A stretch of DNA of 64,000 nucleotides from Clostridiaceae bacterium (GCA_031289315.1 JAITPR010000032.1:7866-71865), one strand, 5' to 3'; positions 7,865 through 16,389 are shown, numbered from the stretch's first letter. Numbers and translations: made by a program. The notes: generated by a model from the letters alone, not told the origin.

Positions 7865-8920
7865 ATGCTTAAAATAACCGACTTACAAAAGCAATACACT
7901 GCCGGAAGCGTTGCAGTTTCGCACTTTAACCTTGACGTTAATGACGGCGAAATCGTCGCGCTACTGGGAAACGAGGGCTCCGGTAAAACCACCGTTCTTA
8001 AACTCATAGCGGGCGCCACGCCAAAAAGCGGCGGCACGGTTTTACTTGACGGCAATACGCCGGAGATGAAAGACATGATTATGGTCTTTGACGACCTTGC
8101 GCTCAACAAGGGGAAAACCTTGCGTAAAAACTTAGAATTTTCCTTAAATAAGCGCAATACAAGGAAGGACGTGGTTTCCACGCGCGTCGCGGCGGCGGCG
8201 GAATTTCTAAAGCTTACCCATCGTCTTGATTACAAGGTGAAGGAGCTTACGGAGTTTGAAAAGAGAAAGGGAGCGTTGGCGAGGCTACTGGTGCGTGATG
8301 ATTATAAGCTTGTTTTGGTCGATGATATATGCGGAAAGCTAGGTACATCGGAGAGGCGTACGCTTTGGAATTATGCGCTCAGAATTCTGTCGAACCTAAG
8401 CGTGTCGGTGATTTTTTCCACGACGGAGCATAGCGAAGCGTATTCGCTTGCCGATAGAGTTGTGGCGTTGGATCACTCCGAGGTTAAGCAAATAGGAGCG
8501 CCGGATGCGATAATTGCGGCGCCGGCAAACGTGAGTGCTGCTAAATTAACTGATGGGCGGTATAATATAATTTCCGCGATTTTGATTGAAAACGGCGGTT
8601 TAGCGTTGAAAATAGACCAAGCCATCCTAAGTATAAAGGATTTAGCGCCGCGGCTTTGTTCGCGCGACTACATAGGAGAGAAGGTTTTGGTAGGCTTCAC
8701 CGCGGACGCGACGGCACCATTTGAAAAGGGCGTAAAGGTTAGAGTACTCTACGAGGAAAAGGCGCCCGGAGGCAGATATTTGCACTGCATATACGACGAG
8801 GGCGCAATTCAGGTTTTCGATAAAAACAACGAAATAACGGACGGCGAATATTCCTTCCTTCCGTGGCGCGACAAGATATGCTTGTTCGACTTCGAAAACG
8901 AAAACTGCATATTGATTTAA
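7865..8920 (+). CDS. MalK/MsmX-like ABC ATPase homologue with degenerate catalytic motifs plus C-terminal TOBE-like domain
   Basis: Walker A kept (GNEGSGKTT). Q-loop Gln lost (MVFDD), signature LSGGQ replaced by LTEFE, Walker B DE replaced by VLVDDI. C-terminus is MalK-regulatory-like (ICLFDFENENCI). Stop at 8920, ruvC ATG at 8922. Confidence 0.7.
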   Translation: MLKITDLQKQYTAGSVAVSHFNLDVNDGEIVALLGNEGSGKTTVLKLIAGATPKSGGTVLLDGNTPEMKDMIMVFDDLALNKGKTLRKNLEFSLNKRNTRKDVVSTRVAAAAEFLKLTHRLDYKVKELTEFEKRKGALARLLVRDDYKLVLVDDICGKLGTSERRTLWNYALRILSNLSVSVIFSTTEHSEAYSLADRVVALDHSEVKQIGAPDAIIAAPANVSAAKLTDGRYNIISAILIENGGLALKIDQAILSIKDLAPRLCSRDYIGEKVLVGFTADATAPFEKGVKVRVLYEEKAPGGRYLHCIYDEGAIQVFDKNNEITDGEYSFLPWRDKICLFDFENENCILI

Positions 8921-8921
8921 C

Positions 8922-9413
8922 ATGATTATATTAGGCATAGACCCCGGGCTGGCTACTATCGGCTACGGAGTAATAAAATCGGAAAAGGGACAATTTACCG
9001 CTATAGACTGCGGCATAATCTCCACACCCGCAAAGATGTCCGTACCGGAACGGTTGAGCCTTATAGAAAAGGGAATTTTATCCGTCACGGAAAAATATTC
9101 GCCGGACGCGGCGGCAGTAGAGGAATTGTTCTTTACCAAAAACATAACCACGGGCATAACCGTGGCGGAGGCGCGCGGAGTTATTTTGCTTACGCTTTTA
9201 AAAAGCTGTAAGCAATTGTACGAGTACACCCCCAACGAAATTAAAAAAGCGGTTACCGGCTACGGCAGCGCGGACAAATTTCAGGTGCAACAGATGACGA
9301 CGGCGCTTCTGCGGCTTGCGGAGATACCCAAGCCCGACGATGCGGCGGATGCTCTTGCTATCGCGCTGTGCCATGCGCAAACGGGACGACTTTCCGGCGC
9401 ATTCAAAATGTAA
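8922..9413 (+). CDS. ruvC: Crossover junction endodeoxyribonuclease RuvC
   Basis: ILGIDPGLATIGYGVI, AVEELFF, PNEIKKAVTGYGSADK, DAADALAIALCH. Confidence 0.95.
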   Translation: MIILGIDPGLATIGYGVIKSEKGQFTAIDCGIISTPAKMSVPERLSLIEKGILSVTEKYSPDAAAVEELFFTKNITTGITVAEARGVILLTLLKSCKQLYEYTPNEIKKAVTGYGSADKFQVQQMTTALLRLAEIPKPDDAADALAIALCHAQTGRLSGAFKM

Positions 9414-9521
9414 TGGCGTGTAAAATTCACTGTGATGACTTGCCTGCTAAGGAAATCTTTTCGGCTCTTTTTGGTTTAAAATTGCCTAAAAATATTTTGT
9501 CACCGTGAATTGTCTACACCC
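9414..9521 (+). mobile_element. MITE-like element, long 108-bp variant
   Basis: Arms as in the family plus a ~37-bp internal expansion (tcttttcggctctttttggtttaaaattgcctaaaaa); 8-bp TSD aaatgtaa (9406-9413 / 9522-9529), the first copy containing the ruvC stop. Confidence 0.75.
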
Positions 9522-9546
9522 AAATGTAACAAGGAGCGGAATATAT

Positions 9547-10131
9547 ATGTACGCGTTTATAACGGGAACCGTAGCTGCGGTTGCCGAGGGACAAATCGTC
9601 CTTGAAAATAACGGAATAGGGTATGCCTTGCAGGTTTCCAACGGCACGGTTTTCGAGTGCGGCACAATAGGGAAAACCTTGCGGCTTTACACCTATCTTC
9701 AGGTAAAAGAGGACTTATTTTGTCTTTACGGCTTTGCGTCCGAAACGGAAAAAGACATGTTTTTGCGGCTTATAGGCATAAGCGGAATAGGACCTAAGGC
9801 GGCGCTTGCGGTGTTGTCCGGTTGCGACGTCAACACGCTTTCCGTGTGTATAGCGACGGGCGACGTGAAGACGCTTTCAAAGATAAAGGGCTTAGGCAAA
9901 AAGACTGCGGAACGGATAATTTTGGAGCTTAGAGAAAAGGTTGTCGACGACGGTTTGACGACGATGTTCGGCGAATCGGGAGCGAGCGGCGGAGCGGCGT
10001 CCGACGCGGTGAGCGCGCTTATTGCTTTGGGCGTGTCTAAAGCGGAGGCGGCGAAAGCCGTCGCGGAGGCGGCTAAGAAAACGGACAAGACGGACGAGCT
10101 TATAGCGCTTGCGCTGAAAAGACTAAGTTAA
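9547..10131 (+). CDS. ruvA: Holliday junction DNA helicase subunit RuvA
   Basis: ATG 9547 after AAGGAG; MYAFITGTV..., HhH motifs (ISGIGPKAALAVLS, IKGLGKKTAERIILEL), C-terminal domain III. Confidence 0.95.
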   Translation: MYAFITGTVAAVAEGQIVLENNGIGYALQVSNGTVFECGTIGKTLRLYTYLQVKEDLFCLYGFASETEKDMFLRLIGISGIGPKAALAVLSGCDVNTLSVCIATGDVKTLSKIKGLGKKTAERIILELREKVVDDGLTTMFGESGASGGAASDAVSALIALGVSKAEAAKAVAEAAKKTDKTDELIALALKRLS

Positions 10132-10245
10132 AAATTAGCACGCACGGATCGGCGCTTGCGCTGAAAAGACTAAATGTTAAAAATTAGCGCGTACGGACTA
10201 GCGCTTACTCTAGAAAAACCGCAAAATTAAAACACGCGGAACGGG
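10104..10245 (+). repeat. Tandem ~48-bp triplication of the ruvA 3' end (including stop codon)
   Basis: gcgcttgcgctgaaaagactaaGttaaaaattagcacgcacgga / gcgcttgcgctgaaaagactaaatgttaaaaattagcgcgtacgga / diverged third unit gcgcttactctagaaaaaccgcaaaattaaaacacgcgga. Confidence 0.75.
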
Positions 10246-10251
10246 ATAAAA

Positions 10252-11433
10252 ATGTTTGAAGACGACGAGAACAGACTGGTTACCGGCTTAAAGCTTTCGG
10301 ACGACGACGCGGAAAATACTCTGCGACCGAAAACGCTTGCCGAATACGTCGGACAGGAAAAGATAAAATCTAATCTGTCCGTATTTATAGCCGCGGCAAA
10401 AAACAGAGGAGAAGCACTTGACCACGTGTTACTTTCGGGTCCTCCGGGTTTGGGAAAGACGACGCTGGCGCACATAATAGCCAACGAACTGAATGCTCAA
10501 ATCCGCGTTACGTCGGGTCCGGCAATCGAACGCGCCGCCGACCTTGCCGCTATTTTGACAAACCTAAGCGACAACGATATACTTTTTATTGATGAAATCC
10601 ACCGTTTAAACCGCAATATTGAGGAAATTCTCTATCCGGCGATGGAGGATTTTGCCTTGGATTTTGTGATAGGAAAGGGTCCGGGCGCAAGAAGCGTCCG
10701 CCTTGCCATAAAGAAATTTACTTTGATTGGCGCAACCACGCGCGCCGGCATGCTTTCCTCTCCCTTGCGGGATCGTTTCGGGGTACTGTTCCGTTTGGAG
10801 ATATACCGCCCGGAGGAGCTTAAAGTGATAGTGCGGCGTTCGGCGGGGTTACTGGGCGTAAGCATAACCGACGACGCAGCTTTGGAAATTGCCTCTAGAA
10901 GCAGGGGGACGCCCCGTATTGCCAACCGATTGCTTAAGCGCGTACGCGATTTTTCGGAGGTTCAGGGCAAGACGTCGGTTAGCTTATTCGACGCGATGTC
11001 CGCGTTAGAAAAGATGGAAATCGACGCGTTGGGGTTGGACGTAATCGACCGCGTGTTACTGGAAACTATTATAAATAAGTTCAAGGGCGGTCCCGTGGGG
11101 CTTGACAATCTTGCGGCGGCAACGGGAGAGGAAGCCGCGACCATAGAGGACGTTTACGAGCCGTACCTAATGCAGTTGGGCTTTTTGGCGCGTACTCCGC
11201 GCGGACGCATAGCGCTTGCGGGCGCGTACGAACATTTAGGTTGTATGCCTCCGCCGGACGATAAGGCGCGTCAGCTGTCGATTTTCGAAAACAATTCCTT
11301 TAACGGCGACGTCAGCGGGGAAAGCGTCAACGGGGCAATCGGCGGAAACGGCAACAGTGATACCGGAAACGGAGCAACCGGAAACGGCGTTAACGGAAAA
11401 AACGGGGGCGGGAGCAATAACGGAAACCGATGA
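10252..11433 (+). CDS. ruvB: Holliday junction DNA helicase RuvB with ~50-aa Gly/Asn-rich C-terminal tail
   Basis: Walker [10 protein letters not shown], Walker [11 protein letters not shown], sensor [15 protein letters not shown], winged-helix region; tail [43 protein letters not shown]; stop overlaps the queA start (ATGA). Confidence 0.95.
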   Translation: MFEDDENRLVTGLKLSDDDAENTLRPKTLAEYVGQEKIKSNLSVFIAAAKNRGEALDHVLLSGPPGLGKTTLAHIIANELNAQIRVTSGPAIERAADLAAILTNLSDNDILFIDEIHRLNRNIEEILYPAMEDFALDFVIGKGPGARSVRLAIKKFTLIGATTRAGMLSSPLRDRFGVLFRLEIYRPEELKVIVRRSAGLLGVSITDDAALEIASRSRGTPRIANRLLKRVRDFSEVQGKTSVSLFDAMSALEKMEIDALGLDVIDRVLLETIINKFKGGPVGLDNLAAATGEEAATIEDVYEPYLMQLGFLARTPRGRIALAGAYEHLGCMPPPDDKARQLSIFENNSFNGDVSGESVNGAIGGNGNSDTGNGATGNGVNGKNGGGSNNGNR

Positions 11434-12467
11434 AAACCAAGGATTTTTATTACGATTTGCCGGAAGAGTTAATAGCGCAATTGCCGGCGGAGCCGCGTGA
11501 CGCTTCGCGGCTATTGGTTCACGACGGCGCGACGGGGGAGATATTTCACCGTCGTTTTTACGATATAGGGCGCTATCTGCGTGACGACGACTTACTTGTC
11601 GTAAACAACACCAAGGTGATACCGGCGCGTCTGTTCGGCGTCAAGCTTGACGCAAGCGGCGTTGACGGCGGGGCGGCGGTGGAAGTTTTGCTTTTAAAGC
11701 GGCTTGACCTTACCAACTGGGAAGCGCTTGCCCGTCCCGGTAAGCGGATAAAAAAGGGAACGGTCATACGCTTTTCCGACGGGCTTACCGCCGTTTGTGA
11801 GGCGGACTGCGACGAGGGAGTAAAGCGCTTCCGCTTTGTTTACGACGGCGTATTCGAGGACATAATAAACCGTATAGGCGTGATGCCTCTACCTCCCTAT
11901 ATAAAGGAAGCCTTAAAGGAAAAATCACGCTATCAGACGGTGTACGCAAAAACGGACGGCTCCGCCGCGGCGCCCACCGCCGGCTTTCACTTTACGGAGG
12001 AGCTTATGGCTTCGCTTAAGGGCAGGGGAATAGAGTTTGCGGAGGTGCTTTTGCACATAGGGCTTTCCACCTTTCGTCCGGTCAAGTCGGACGAAATAAG
12101 CGGGCATAAAATGCATGAGGAATACTACGAGATAGGTGCGGACGCCGCCGACAAGATAAATCGCGCCAAAAAAGACGGGCGGCGCATAGTCGCGGTAGGC
12201 ACCACTTCGGTAAGGACGTTGGAGAGCGCGTCGGACGAAAACGGTCTTTTACAGCCTTGTTCCGGCACTACGAGTATATTTATCCATCCGCCTTATAGGT
12301 TTAAAGTCGTAGACGCGTTGATAACCAATTTTCATTTGCCGGAGTCCACGCTGATAATGCTTGTGTCGGCGTTGGTCGGACGTGAGGAAGCCTTGCGTGT
12401 CTACGGGGAAGCCGTAAAGGAAAGGTACCGCTTTTTCAGCTTCGGCGACGCGTGCTTTTTTTACTAA
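11430..12467 (+). CDS. queA: S-adenosylmethionine:tRNA ribosyltransferase-isomerase
   Basis: [64 protein letters not shown]. Confidence 0.95.
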   Translation: MKTKDFYYDLPEELIAQLPAEPRDASRLLVHDGATGEIFHRRFYDIGRYLRDDDLLVVNNTKVIPARLFGVKLDASGVDGGAAVEVLLLKRLDLTNWEALARPGKRIKKGTVIRFSDGLTAVCEADCDEGVKRFRFVYDGVFEDIINRIGVMPLPPYIKEALKEKSRYQTVYAKTDGSAAAPTAGFHFTEELMASLKGRGIEFAEVLLHIGLSTFRPVKSDEISGHKMHEEYYEIGADAADKINRAKKDGRRIVAVGTTSVRTLESASDENGLLQPCSGTTSIFIHPPYRFKVVDALITNFHLPESTLIMLVSALVGREEALRVYGEAVKERYRFFSFGDACFFY

Positions 12468-12530
12468 GCAAAGCCACCGGTGTCACCCATTGGGAGCGGG
12501 TTTTCCCCGTGTCACCCGGAATGTAACCGC

Positions 12531-12770
12531 CACGCCTTATGGGAGCGGGTTCGTTAGACCGTCACCTTATAGGAGCGGGTTCGTTAGACCGTCACCTTAT
12601 AGGAGCAGGTTCGTTAGACCGTCACCTTATGGGAGCGGGTTCGTTAGACCGTCACCTTATGGGAGCAGGTTCGTTAGACCGTCACCTTATGGGAGCGGGT
12701 TCGTTAGACCGTCACCTTATGGGAGCAGGTTCGTTAGACCGTCACCTTATAGGAGCGGGTTCTTTAGACT
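12531..12770. repeat. Tandem array: 8 head-to-tail copies of a 30-bp unit GTCACCTTATRGGAGCRGGTTCGTTAGACC
   Basis: Units start at 12531, 12561, 12591, 12621, 12651, 12681, 12711 and 12741. They differ only at two R positions, plus degenerate first and last units. Diverged related copies lie at 12482-12530. Confidence 0.95.
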
Positions 12771-12812
12771 GTCACCTTGAGCGGAGCGCGGCATGCCGCG
12801 CGAAGTCGAACT
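12771..12812 (+). repeat. Motif family 2 core abutting the tandem array
   Basis: gtcaccttgagcggagcgcggcatgccgcgcgaagtcgaactg; same core as 29687-29712, 17832-17846 and 3279-3296. Confidence 0.6.
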
Positions 12813-12959
12813 GAGCCGACAAATTGCGAAAGCAATTTAGGCACTTTTGAAGTGTAAACGGAAAAAGTGCAGATAGGCGAGGGAAAGGTCCCCCTAATAG
12901 GTGCTTACCCTTTTACGCTACGTTTCCATGCAACGCGCATAAAGATTTCTGCGTATTAG

Positions 12960-14093
<1,134 letters not shown>

Positions 14094-14263
14094 CGGTTGG
14101 GCGTTCTCCTTGAAGCGCGCTTCAAAGCGATTTCCCGTCTGATGTCTTCGAAGAAAAAACGCTTTTTGACTGCCGATTTCCGGTTTTGTGCGATATAACT
14201 AAAATTTTTACGCATGCGGAATGTTTACTTAATTAATATATCTTTTATAAACTTGTATTTTGC

Positions 14264-14292
14264 TTGCATTATTTTTTGAAATAAGGTAATAT
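14264..14292 (+). promoter_or_regulatory. Putative sigma-A promoter upstream of yajC
   Basis: TTGCAT-17 nt-TAATAT in an AT-rich stretch 70 nt upstream of the yajC ATG. Confidence 0.35.
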
Positions 14293-14363
14293 ATATACAT
14301 ATCCGCAAAAATGCGGAAAGGACGCGGTTAAAAAAATCCGCGCGTAATAAGGAGTATTTATAA

Positions 14364-14750
14364 ATGTTCGGTACAACGCTTGCTTTGGACACACAATACA
14401 CGATGCTGATTATTTTAGGCTTATTTTTTGTGGTTATGATGGTCATGACTGTCATTCCCCAAAAGAAGCGCAAAAAGCAACAACAAGAAATGATGAGTTC
14501 ATTGGGTATAGGCACTAAGGTTATGACGATAGGGCGTATGATAGGCACGATTGTTGCCATCAACAACGCGGAAAATCAAATTATCTTGAACGTCGGCTCC
14601 GATGAGAACCCCACTCTTATCACAATCGACAGAGGCGCAATCGGCATGGTCGTTAACCCGACGATAGTTTCCGCTTCATCCGACGATACCGTGGATGATA
14701 ACCTCGTAATTGATTCTTCCGACGCAAACAGCGACGATACGCAAGCATAA
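14364..14750 (+). CDS. yajC: Preprotein translocase subunit YajC with acidic/Ser-rich C-terminal extension
   Basis: Single TM (MLIILGLFFVVMMVMTVI), then PQKKRKKQQQEMMSSLGIGTKVMTIGRMIGTIV matching the YajC core; AAGGAG RBS; located between tgt and secDF. Confidence 0.85.
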   Translation: MFGTTLALDTQYTMLIILGLFFVVMMVMTVIPQKKRKKQQQEMMSSLGIGTKVMTIGRMIGTIVAINNAENQIILNVGSDENPTLITIDRGAIGMVVNPTIVSASSDDTVDDNLVIDSSDANSDDTQA

Positions 14751-14847
14751 AAGTACGATAATAACGGGGCGGTATCGGTCGCCTTGAATTCTTTGGATAT
14801 ACCCGTGTTATACGGGTTATGCCGCCAATTTTTGAATACCGCCGACA

Positions 14848-14934
14848 AAGGTTTTAGGACGCATGTCTTAAGCCGGAGTTTACGGAAGATAAAGGTTCTA
14901 GGGCGCAGTCCTAAGCTAGAGTTTACGGCAGATA
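14848..14934 (+). repeat. 44-bp tandem direct repeat (2 good copies, a third diverged to about 14980)
   Basis: aaggttttaggacgcatgtcttaagccggagtttacggaagata / aaggttctagggcgcagtcctaagctagagtttacggcagata. Confidence 0.7.
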
Positions 14935-15107
14935 AGGGTACCGGCAGAGAAGTTTGGTAATCTAAGTTACGGTTTAGATGAAAAATTTTAACCTCGAATT
15001 ACTGTAGACAAGGGCGCGGATAATATTATCCGACACAAACCGCTTAAAAGCGGGTGTGCGGTTAATCCGTTAAAATTACATATGATAATAAGGCTTAAAA
15101 TTGCCCA

Positions 15108-15152
15108 AAGGCACCCTCCGTTGAATTTTTCGACGGAGGGTGCCCTTTTTTT
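15108..15152 (+). terminator. Strong rho-independent terminator
   Basis: ggcaccctccgt-tgaatttttcg-acggagggtgcc (12-bp perfect stem) followed by cttttttt. Confidence 0.8.
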
Positions 15153-15181
15153 GGGTGTGGACAATCTCTTTTTTGTCGCTA
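15153..15181. repeat. Internally deleted/truncated MITE remnant
   Basis: gggtgtggacaatctc + ttttttgtcgc matches the left arm and the start of the right arm; the rest is missing. Confidence 0.45.
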
Positions 15182-15264
15182 CGATATTTATAAAAACTTA
15201 ATTACACAACAATAACATCAACCGAACCGCGCATGCATATCCTTAATGGGGGAGTGATGACGGC

Positions 15265-15678
15265 ATGAAAAAAGACGGAAATGCGGTAAAGTTTTTTATA
15301 GCGGATACGGTAAAAACGACGTTAATAGCGCTCATTGTATCGCTTATTTTGATTTTGTTATTCGCGTTTATAGTAAAAGCGGCGGGCATCGGTGAAAACG
15401 TGATTACGCCGGTAAATTATGTGATTAAATTTATAAGCATACTCGTAGGCGCGATTTTAGGCATTTCAAGAAAGAAGGACGGCGCGCTTAAGGGTGCGGC
15501 GGCGGGAGCGCTTTATATACTGGCGGCTTTTACGGTATTTTCGCTTTTGGGCGGAGGCTTCGACGGCGCGCGGTTTAATTTTATAGACCTTGCGGGCGGC
15601 ATAGTTTCGGGGGCGATATGCGGCGTAATAGCCGTAAATTTTAAAAAAGAGGTCCGGGTAAGCAAGGCGCGCGTTTAA
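15265..15678 (+). CDS. Small polytopic membrane protein (resembles the TIGR04086/YrzE-type family found beside yajC/SCIFF loci)
   Basis: 137 aa, 4 predicted TM helices rich in G/A/I; RBS GGGGGAG; family assignment is from memory of conserved clostridial synteny. Confidence 0.6.
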   Translation: MKKDGNAVKFFIADTVKTTLIALIVSLILILLFAFIVKAAGIGENVITPVNYVIKFISILVGAILGISRKKDGALKGAAAGALYILAAFTVFSLLGGGFDGARFNFIDLAGGIVSGAICGVIAVNFKKEVRVSKARV

Positions 15679-15734
15679 TTGCCGCACTTTACCTTGACAC
15701 CTCTAAGCGCCCATGCCAACACGCCCTATGACAT

Positions 15735-15804
15735 GTGTGTGGACAATCCTCTGTGACAACTTGCCGGTCAAGAAAATATTTTGTCATCGCGAATTGTCCA
15801 CGCC
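15735..15804 (+). mobile_element. MITE-like palindromic element, standard 70-bp form
   Basis: gtgtgtggacaatcctctgtgacaa-cttgccggtcaag-aaaatatttt-gtcatcgcgaattgtccacgcc; flanking repeat only imperfect (ccctatga / cccatga). Confidence 0.65.
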
Positions 15805-15814
15805 CATGATATGA

Positions 15815-15834
15815 TTTTTTCCGTACGGTAAAAA
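15815..15834. promoter_or_regulatory. GTAC-centred 20-bp palindrome (candidate operator 1 upstream of scfA)
   Basis: TTTTTTCCGTACGGTAAAAA, preceded by ccatgat. Confidence 0.35.
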
Positions 15835-15880
15835 TGCCCGAAGACATAATCAGGTTGCATTTCACACGGGGCGCCATGAT

Positions 15881-15900
15881 TTTTTTGCAGTACTGTAAAA
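15881..15900. promoter_or_regulatory. GTAC-centred 20-bp palindrome (candidate operator 2 upstream of scfA)
   Basis: TTTTTTGCAGTACTGTAAAA, also preceded by ccatgat; 66 bp from site 1 and 18 bp upstream of the -35. Confidence 0.35.
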
Positions 15901-15917
15901 GTAGCCCGTCAATACGC

Positions 15918-15946
15918 TTGAAAAAAACGGCGGGTTGTGGTAAAAT
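15918..15946 (+). promoter_or_regulatory. Putative sigma-A promoter for scfA (extended -10)
   Basis: TTGAAA-17 nt-TAAAAT with TGg immediately upstream of the -10; about 75 nt upstream of the scfA ATG. Confidence 0.45.
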
Positions 15947-16022
15947 TAATTCACAATTAACAAACAAAGACGCGCTTCTGACAACGCTCCGACGGAAATG
16001 ATGCGCGGACGGAGAAAATAAT

Positions 16023-16196
16023 ATGAAACATTTCACAAAAGTAGTCGTTTCTTCCATGAAAAAGGACGGTAAAATCGGTTGCGGAGAATGTCAATCGAGT
16101 TGCCAATCCGCTTGCAAAACAAGCTGTACGGTAGGCAATCAGTCTTGTGTCAACAAGGACGAAAAGATAATGGTCAAGGAAACCGGCAATAAATAA
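16023..16196 (+). CDS. scfA: SCIFF (six-cysteine) ranthipeptide precursor, 57 aa
   Basis: Absent from the ORF track (<60 aa). MKHFTKVVVSSMKKDGKIGCGECQSSCQSACKTSCTVGNQSCVNKDEKIMVKETGNK contains the hallmark GCGECQSSCQSACKTSCTVGNQ core; GGAGA RBS; sits directly upstream of the SPASM radical-SAM maturase. Confidence 0.92.
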   Translation: MKHFTKVVVSSMKKDGKIGCGECQSSCQSACKTSCTVGNQSCVNKDEKIMVKETGNK

Positions 16197-16282
16197 GACG
16201 GCAAATCCCTACACCGATAATTCTCACTCCGGATTTTCGTACCGCGAAACGCCGCTTTTGAGTGAATGACTTATAATGTCGG

Positions 16283-16389
16283 GGTGTATACAATCCTCGT
16301 TGACGACTTGCCGGCTAAGAAAATCTTTTCGGCTCTTTTAGATCTAAAACCGTCTGAAAATATTTTGTCACCGTGAATTGTCCATACCC
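16283..16389 (+). mobile_element. MITE-like element, long 107-bp variant, between scfA and scfB
   Basis: ggtgtatacaatcctcgttgacga-cttgccggctaag-aaaatcttttcggctcttttagatctaaaaccgtctgaaaatatttt-gtcaccgtgaattgtccataccc; 9-bp TSD with one mismatch, taaTgtcgg / taaCgtcgg. Confidence 0.75.

Noticed and set aside
12531-12770. Possible CRISPR array (regular ~30-bp repeats)
   Set aside because: Units are directly head-to-tail with no spacers. No cas genes or leader are present. It is a minisatellite, not a CRISPR.
12490-12814. ORFs 12490-12780 and 12539-12814 encoding repeat peptides (PYGSGFVRPS..., GAGSLDRHL...)
   Set aside because: They are open only because the 30-bp (10-codon) unit lacks stops in those frames. 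There is no RBS, and two overlapping frames are equally open. These are artefacts of the tandem repeat.
12870-12900. gagggaaaggtcccc resembling the RNase P RNA GAGGAAAGUCC box (also gaaaggtcccc at 4584)
   Set aside because: This is an isolated short match with none of the other RNase P conserved regions. It is a shared sub-module of motif family 2.
15689-16057. 122-aa ORF on the minus strand
   Set aside because: It runs antisense through a MITE copy, the candidate operators, the scfA promoter and the scfA start. It has no RBS or family resemblance. The SCIFF gene on the + strand explains the locus.
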